Below the pieces are notes generated by a model. The model was not told the DNA's origin and ran no database searches. It saw only the letters and a program-made list of their open reading frames with translations. 64,000 nucleotides of DNA, taken from Octopus vulgaris. Lineage: Eukaryota. A program made the position numbers and the translations under genes. Position 1 is the stretch's first letter; every line of letters starts with the position of its first letter. Below are positions 58,258 to 64,000 of this stretch, piece after piece. Location: NCBI GenBank assembly GCA_951406725.2, contig OX597816.1:79732001-79796000 (forward strand). Reading direction: 5' to 3'.

Positions 58258-58918
58258 TATTTGTGTGTGATATGTAAAGTAAATAGAAAATGTAAGGGGT
58301 TTTTGCGGCGAAAGTGAACTTGGATCATTCGATAATCGACTCCACTTGCCAGGAGCTTACTTCTGGCTCTATAGTATTCGCCACTCTGTTTGCATTATAT
58401 ATTAATCACGCTTCAACTGAAGAGCTCTTTCAATGTTTGTATTTCATATTACTGATATCTGTAGAACTTAAGTGCTGCTTAGATGTCGATGTGTGCCGTC
58501 TGTAATATCTCCTCTAAAGAGATGTTTAGCTATTTACCTAATGTATCAGCAATGTCTTCCCTCAAGAGATACACATATATACCTCGCGGTTTATATTACG
58601 CATTAGCTGTGTCTAAACTACAACCACAAGTAGGTGCTTTCTGTGAGGCGTAATAAATTTCTAAATTGTTGAGTCGTAACCATCCCGGGTAATATTATCT
58701 AGAATGATTAAGAGATCAGGTTATGGTTAGGGCTGATAACACTCAGACTTAATGTCAGATTTGATGATAATTTACTTCACTTATACCGTTAATGCATAAC
58801 ATATTTGCATTATTTTCCTTTTTCTACAAAACGGTGATTTAGTAAGACATAATTATATAAAACATTGCAGCAGCGCAGCAATTTCTCTCTTTCTTCTCCC
58901 CCTTTCTCTCTGTGTGTG

Positions 58919-59054
<136 letters not shown>

Positions 59055-59283
59055 TACACATATATATATAAACATACATACATTTGTGTCTGTATGAATA
59101 CGCACGCGTATCTTTCTGTCTATCTATCTATCTATCTATCTAGCTATCTATATGCATATATATGTACATATATATTTACACATATAAATTTTCTATATAT
59201 GTCTGTGTCAATATGTGTGAATGTTTGTATGCATATATGTGCATCTACATATATGATGCATATACATAAATAGAAACGTACAT

Positions 59284-59327
<44 letters not shown>

Positions 59328-59336
59328 ATCTATGTG

Positions 59337-59373
<37 letters not shown>

Positions 59374-59863
59374 GTCTTTATACATATGTATATATGTATA
59401 ATATACATATGTATGTATATATATATATATCTATGTATATATATGTATATGTATATATATGTGCATATATAAATGTATATATGAATATATATGAATATAT
59501 ATACACACAAACATATATATACATACACACGCACATATATATATACATACACACACACACATATGCACAAATGCTCGCACACATGTGGGCGCGCGCGCAG
59601 ACACACACATATACACAGATATATATATAAGCTTCGATAATCTTAGATATATGTAAATATTAACCGCGCATGTTTCTATCAGTCACTCTCTCTTACCCAC
59701 TATATATATATATATATAATAGCTATGCACATATATGTATATATGAATACATACTTACATATAAATTACTCACTCACTGATGTATAACAAGCATGTACAG
59801 AAGCATATCATCTGTGAGAATGTATATAGATATTTTGTTTGTATGTATGTGTATATATATAAG

Positions 59864-60025
59864 TTTGAAAAAGGAAAGGAATGACTTCACTGGTAGCTCT
59901 AAACAATTTAATTTTCTAATAATATAATTTTAGAGTTTAATCTAAAAATCAATCTGTCAAATTATATTATCAGAGAATTAAATTGGTCAGTACTACCCGT
60001 GAAGTCATTCCTTTCCTTTTTCAAA
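59864..60025. repeat. TA-flanked inverted repeat (approx. 67-bp arms)
   Basis: tttgaaaaaggaaaggaatgacttcac..taatataattt / aaattatatta..gtgaagtcattcctttcctttttcaaa. Confidence 0.85.
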
Positions 60026-60058
60026 TATACCTAACTCTACCAAAGACCTCACACATTT

Positions 60059-60108
<50 letters not shown>

Positions 60109-60174
60109 GCATGTATATTATGTGTGTGTATGCATGTATATATATATATATATATATATAACAAAATAGCGACA

Positions 60175-60230
<56 letters not shown>

Positions 60231-61314
60231 CATACATAAAATATGTACTTATACACATATCTATAGGATTTCAGCATCCAACACACATATACGAATATAC
60301 ACATATATTTCACTTATACATGCATACAACCATCCATCCATCCATACATACATACATACACGCACACACATATAGGTCGATAGATATATAAATACATACA
60401 CATAGCTAAATAAGCTTACATGCATATCTGTACATACACACAAACGCATATGTATATGTGTATGTTTATGCACATTTAGCTGAATCTCAAGCCCGTTGCG
60501 AATTCCCAAGTTTAATCTGTTTACATTGCTTGTTCCTCTATTGGCCGTAGTAAATCATGTTCATCACACAATCCTTGTAACCTAAATCGTCCAATTAATT
60601 TAGAAAATATATAAATAATCGTCAATATATAAGAGAAAGAGGAAGAGGTAAATGAAGAAGACAGAGTGAGAGAGATGGAAGAGGAGAACTATTGGGATTT
60701 GTGGTTGCTATAGCGAGTGTTAAAGATAGCAGCAGTAAATCATATAGTTTGTGTTTGTGTGTTAGAAATGGCAAATAGCGTTCTATGACTGCTTAGAAGA
60801 GCGTTTACAAGTGTCAGTATAGAATATGTCGTTTTTATACGCTGCAATCTATGGAAGACATAGATCGCACAAATAGTTGGTCAGTAATGCATTATGGGAG
60901 ATTGCAAGAGATTAAATTATTTTTCAATTTCCCTTAGCAGCTCCTAAAATTGATCCATCATATTTACCTGATATTAAGAGGAAGTTAATATTTTCCTTTC
61001 AAAGATTGTTTTCAATTTCCTTATCTTGGCTTTTAGACCAATTCTTTTATTGCTTTCAGAAAAATAGTTGTTATTAGAATTTGAAAAGAAAAGCAAGAAG
61101 AATCAAGAGCAAGCAAAAATATTCCTCAGATAAAATAAGGAAAACCAAAGCGTAGCACATCTATATTGTAATCATTTCCTAGTCATGCATAATATTGACT
61201 TGGTCACTTTTGATGATGGTTCTCCACGATCCGAATTTATCAACACTCCCACCCCACCCCTAAAAGAAAAAGAAACGATCGTCTCTCATTCCTATGCAGT
61301 AGTTTTAATTAATA

Positions 61315-61705
61315 CTAGTTGTATCGCCCGGCGTTGCTCGGGTTTGTTTCGTCCCTTTAGAATTGAAATTTTTGAAAAGTAAAAAATTTGCATTATGTAG
61401 CTTGTTATTCTCTTTAAGTGAACATTTTTCTGGTTGAAATACACCCAAAAATGGCTACACAGCACTTAAAAAATCGTAAAAAATAGGGATTTTCATAGAA
61501 AAAAAGCACCTTTTTGATGTAAATAATTTTTGGTGTTAACATGGTCCGATTTGAAGTTTTCTTCTACTGAAGGAAGAGCAAGCCTTATTCTATCATACTC
61601 TCAATTTTGGTCAACTTGCGCCACAGGGTCTCGGAGGAGATAGTGTTAGTTGAAGGCTACCAAACCTGCCATACACAGACAACTTCAGCTTTATATATAG
61701 AGAGA
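61315..61705 (-). mobile_element. Short non-autonomous Helitron
   Basis: Minus strand starts A|TCTCTCTATATATAAAGCTGAAG and ends with hairpin cccgagcaacgccggg then ..CTAG|T. Confidence 0.8.
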
Positions 61706-62319
61706 TTTTCGTAACTCTCTTTGGATTGCATCTTTAAATCTAAAAATTCCCCTACTTTGATATGTGACGACGGGTGAGCAACTTGCCTCCTTAACGTAGT
61801 TTTTGCTTTTAACAACTTTGCAGACAATCCATGTGCAGCTGTAGATGATTTTGAAAGCTTTTTTTAATAAATGATTATTCCTCATGTTTCTTTCAACAAC
61901 AACCATCATCATGGAAGCTCATTATAAATTGTGTTCCGACCGTGACTATCTTGCCTATGGTGTCAAACATACTATACCAACAACTACATTACTCAGTATA
62001 TACGTCTTATTTTTTTAAGTCGGTGTCGTTTAAGGGGAATATAGCTGTTATTTCTTGTAAATTTAGTGAATATTTTATGGTACAAATGGTAATCTCTCCA
62101 AAAACAGGATTATGAAGTAAAACATTCAGTTTGATACTTATGCAAAATAGATTGTTGGACAAAATGACATTCTATAACATGATTTTTTATTCTGTAAATT
62201 AATAGAAATTAACAATACATAAACACACACTCACACACGCACACACACATGCAAGAAAAATTATAACCTACGCATGCAGGCACAAATATTACAGACACAC
62301 ACAAAGACAAAAACATACA

Positions 62320-62358
<39 letters not shown>

Positions 62359-62402
62359 GTTCATGTATATATGAATATATTACACATATACACATATATA
62401 TT

Positions 62403-62448
<46 letters not shown>

Positions 62449-62614
62449 CAAATATACATACATATAAATAAATAAGTATATATATATATATATGTATGTA
62501 TATATACACACACACACATACATATATAGATATATTTACACACACATTTATGTGCATGGTAGAGAAAATGTTTCAACCAAGATATTACCCTTATATGGAC
62601 GCGAACAAACAGGT

Positions 62615-62646
<32 letters not shown>

Positions 62647-62723
62647 CTATGTATGTATGTATGTATATATTTATATATATATAAATATCGACATATATTT
62701 ATATATGCACGCAAATATATATA

Positions 62724-62766
<43 letters not shown>

Positions 62767-62768
62767 AT

Positions 62769-62839
<71 letters not shown>

Positions 62840-62861
62840 TATACACACATATATATTTACG

Positions 62862-62963
<102 letters not shown>

Positions 62964-63265
62964 AGAAAAGAGGGTGAGGGACATGAAATGGACAGAAAGG
63001 AATGGATATTAATATACATATATGCATATGTTGCATATATATTTATGCATAGTAATTTGTACACCTTTCTATTTATCTCTCTCTGTCTGTTTTTCTTTCT
63101 CTTACGAATAAATACAAAGCAAAAGGAATATACTGGTATGGTATATATATATATATGTAATAAATAACTTGAGTTTCAGCCACGGGATTTGAGATGAAAC
63201 TCTTGCCAAATGCGTATCACTAACTTACTAGACAGCCATGTAGGTATGTATATCTGCCTTCTTAG

Positions 63266-63305
<40 letters not shown>

Positions 63306-64000
63306 GTGTGTGTATGTACATGAGTGTGTGTGTGTGTATGGTGAATGAGAAACAGCAAGAAAAACGACCAGTGGGACAAGTTTTCAGAAAGTTCTTCTTA
63401 CTCTCACGTTTGAACAGAAAAGGAGAAGAGGTTTTTGACATTTCGGACATTAGATTCCTTCATTAGGAAAGAGAATGGAAGAATGCGTGGGTGGAAAAAA
63501 AGGGAGGAAGCGAAAGAAGGAAGAAATAATGAAATACAGAACAAGAAGTACTTGCGGATTGAGTGAAAATGTTGATCTATGGGGAGGAGTTAAGAAGAGA
63601 TGAAGAGGCAGTGTGATGTGTGCATATATATGAGAGTATTTGTGTAAGGTGTTGGGTATAAGGATATGTTTGTAAGTGGAGTAGAGTGCAGATGGTTAGC
63701 TGGGGATGAGTAGGCTTAAGTGGGAGGCATGGAAAAAGGGGAAAAACAGGGACGAAAAAGGTGTCGTTGGAGACAAGATATGTACAAGATCAAAGGAATT
63801 TTTACAAAGTCGAAAATATAAGTGGAAAATTAAATAGATTAGGCATATTTATACATATATACATACATGCACATATATACATACATACGCGCAAATACAC
63901 ACACTCAAACACACACGCGCACACACACACACTTATCTATATATACACACACATACATATATACACGCAACACATGCACATACCTATATGTAAACATATG

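Overview
AT-rich, microsatellite-saturated eukaryotic genomic DNA. An octopod cephalopod origin is inferred from the SINE types and the (TA)n/(TAA)n/(TACA)n load. The only clear host gene is the last coding exon of an NK2-class homeobox gene of the Nkx2.2/vnd type (minus strand, 5126-6057). It is preceded by a canonical splice acceptor and no upstream exon was recognised, so most of the window is probably one very large intron or 5' region. That region is a mosaic of retroelements sorted by microsatellite type. R4/Dong-like RLE LINEs and a Tx1/L1-like LINE sit in (TAA)n tracts. A Penelope-like element (RT plus GIY-YIG) and many short inverted-repeat remnants sit in (TA)n tracts. Two non-autonomous Helitrons, a degenerate CR1-like LINE, a foldback/MITE and three SINE families are also present. 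The most notable hidden signal is a set of minimal hammerhead ribozyme motifs in the TA-embedded elements: three carry the compensatory U3:A8 core, and one pair forms a 220-bp palindrome. Nearly all short ORFs in the track are microsatellite translations. All coordinates were read by eye.
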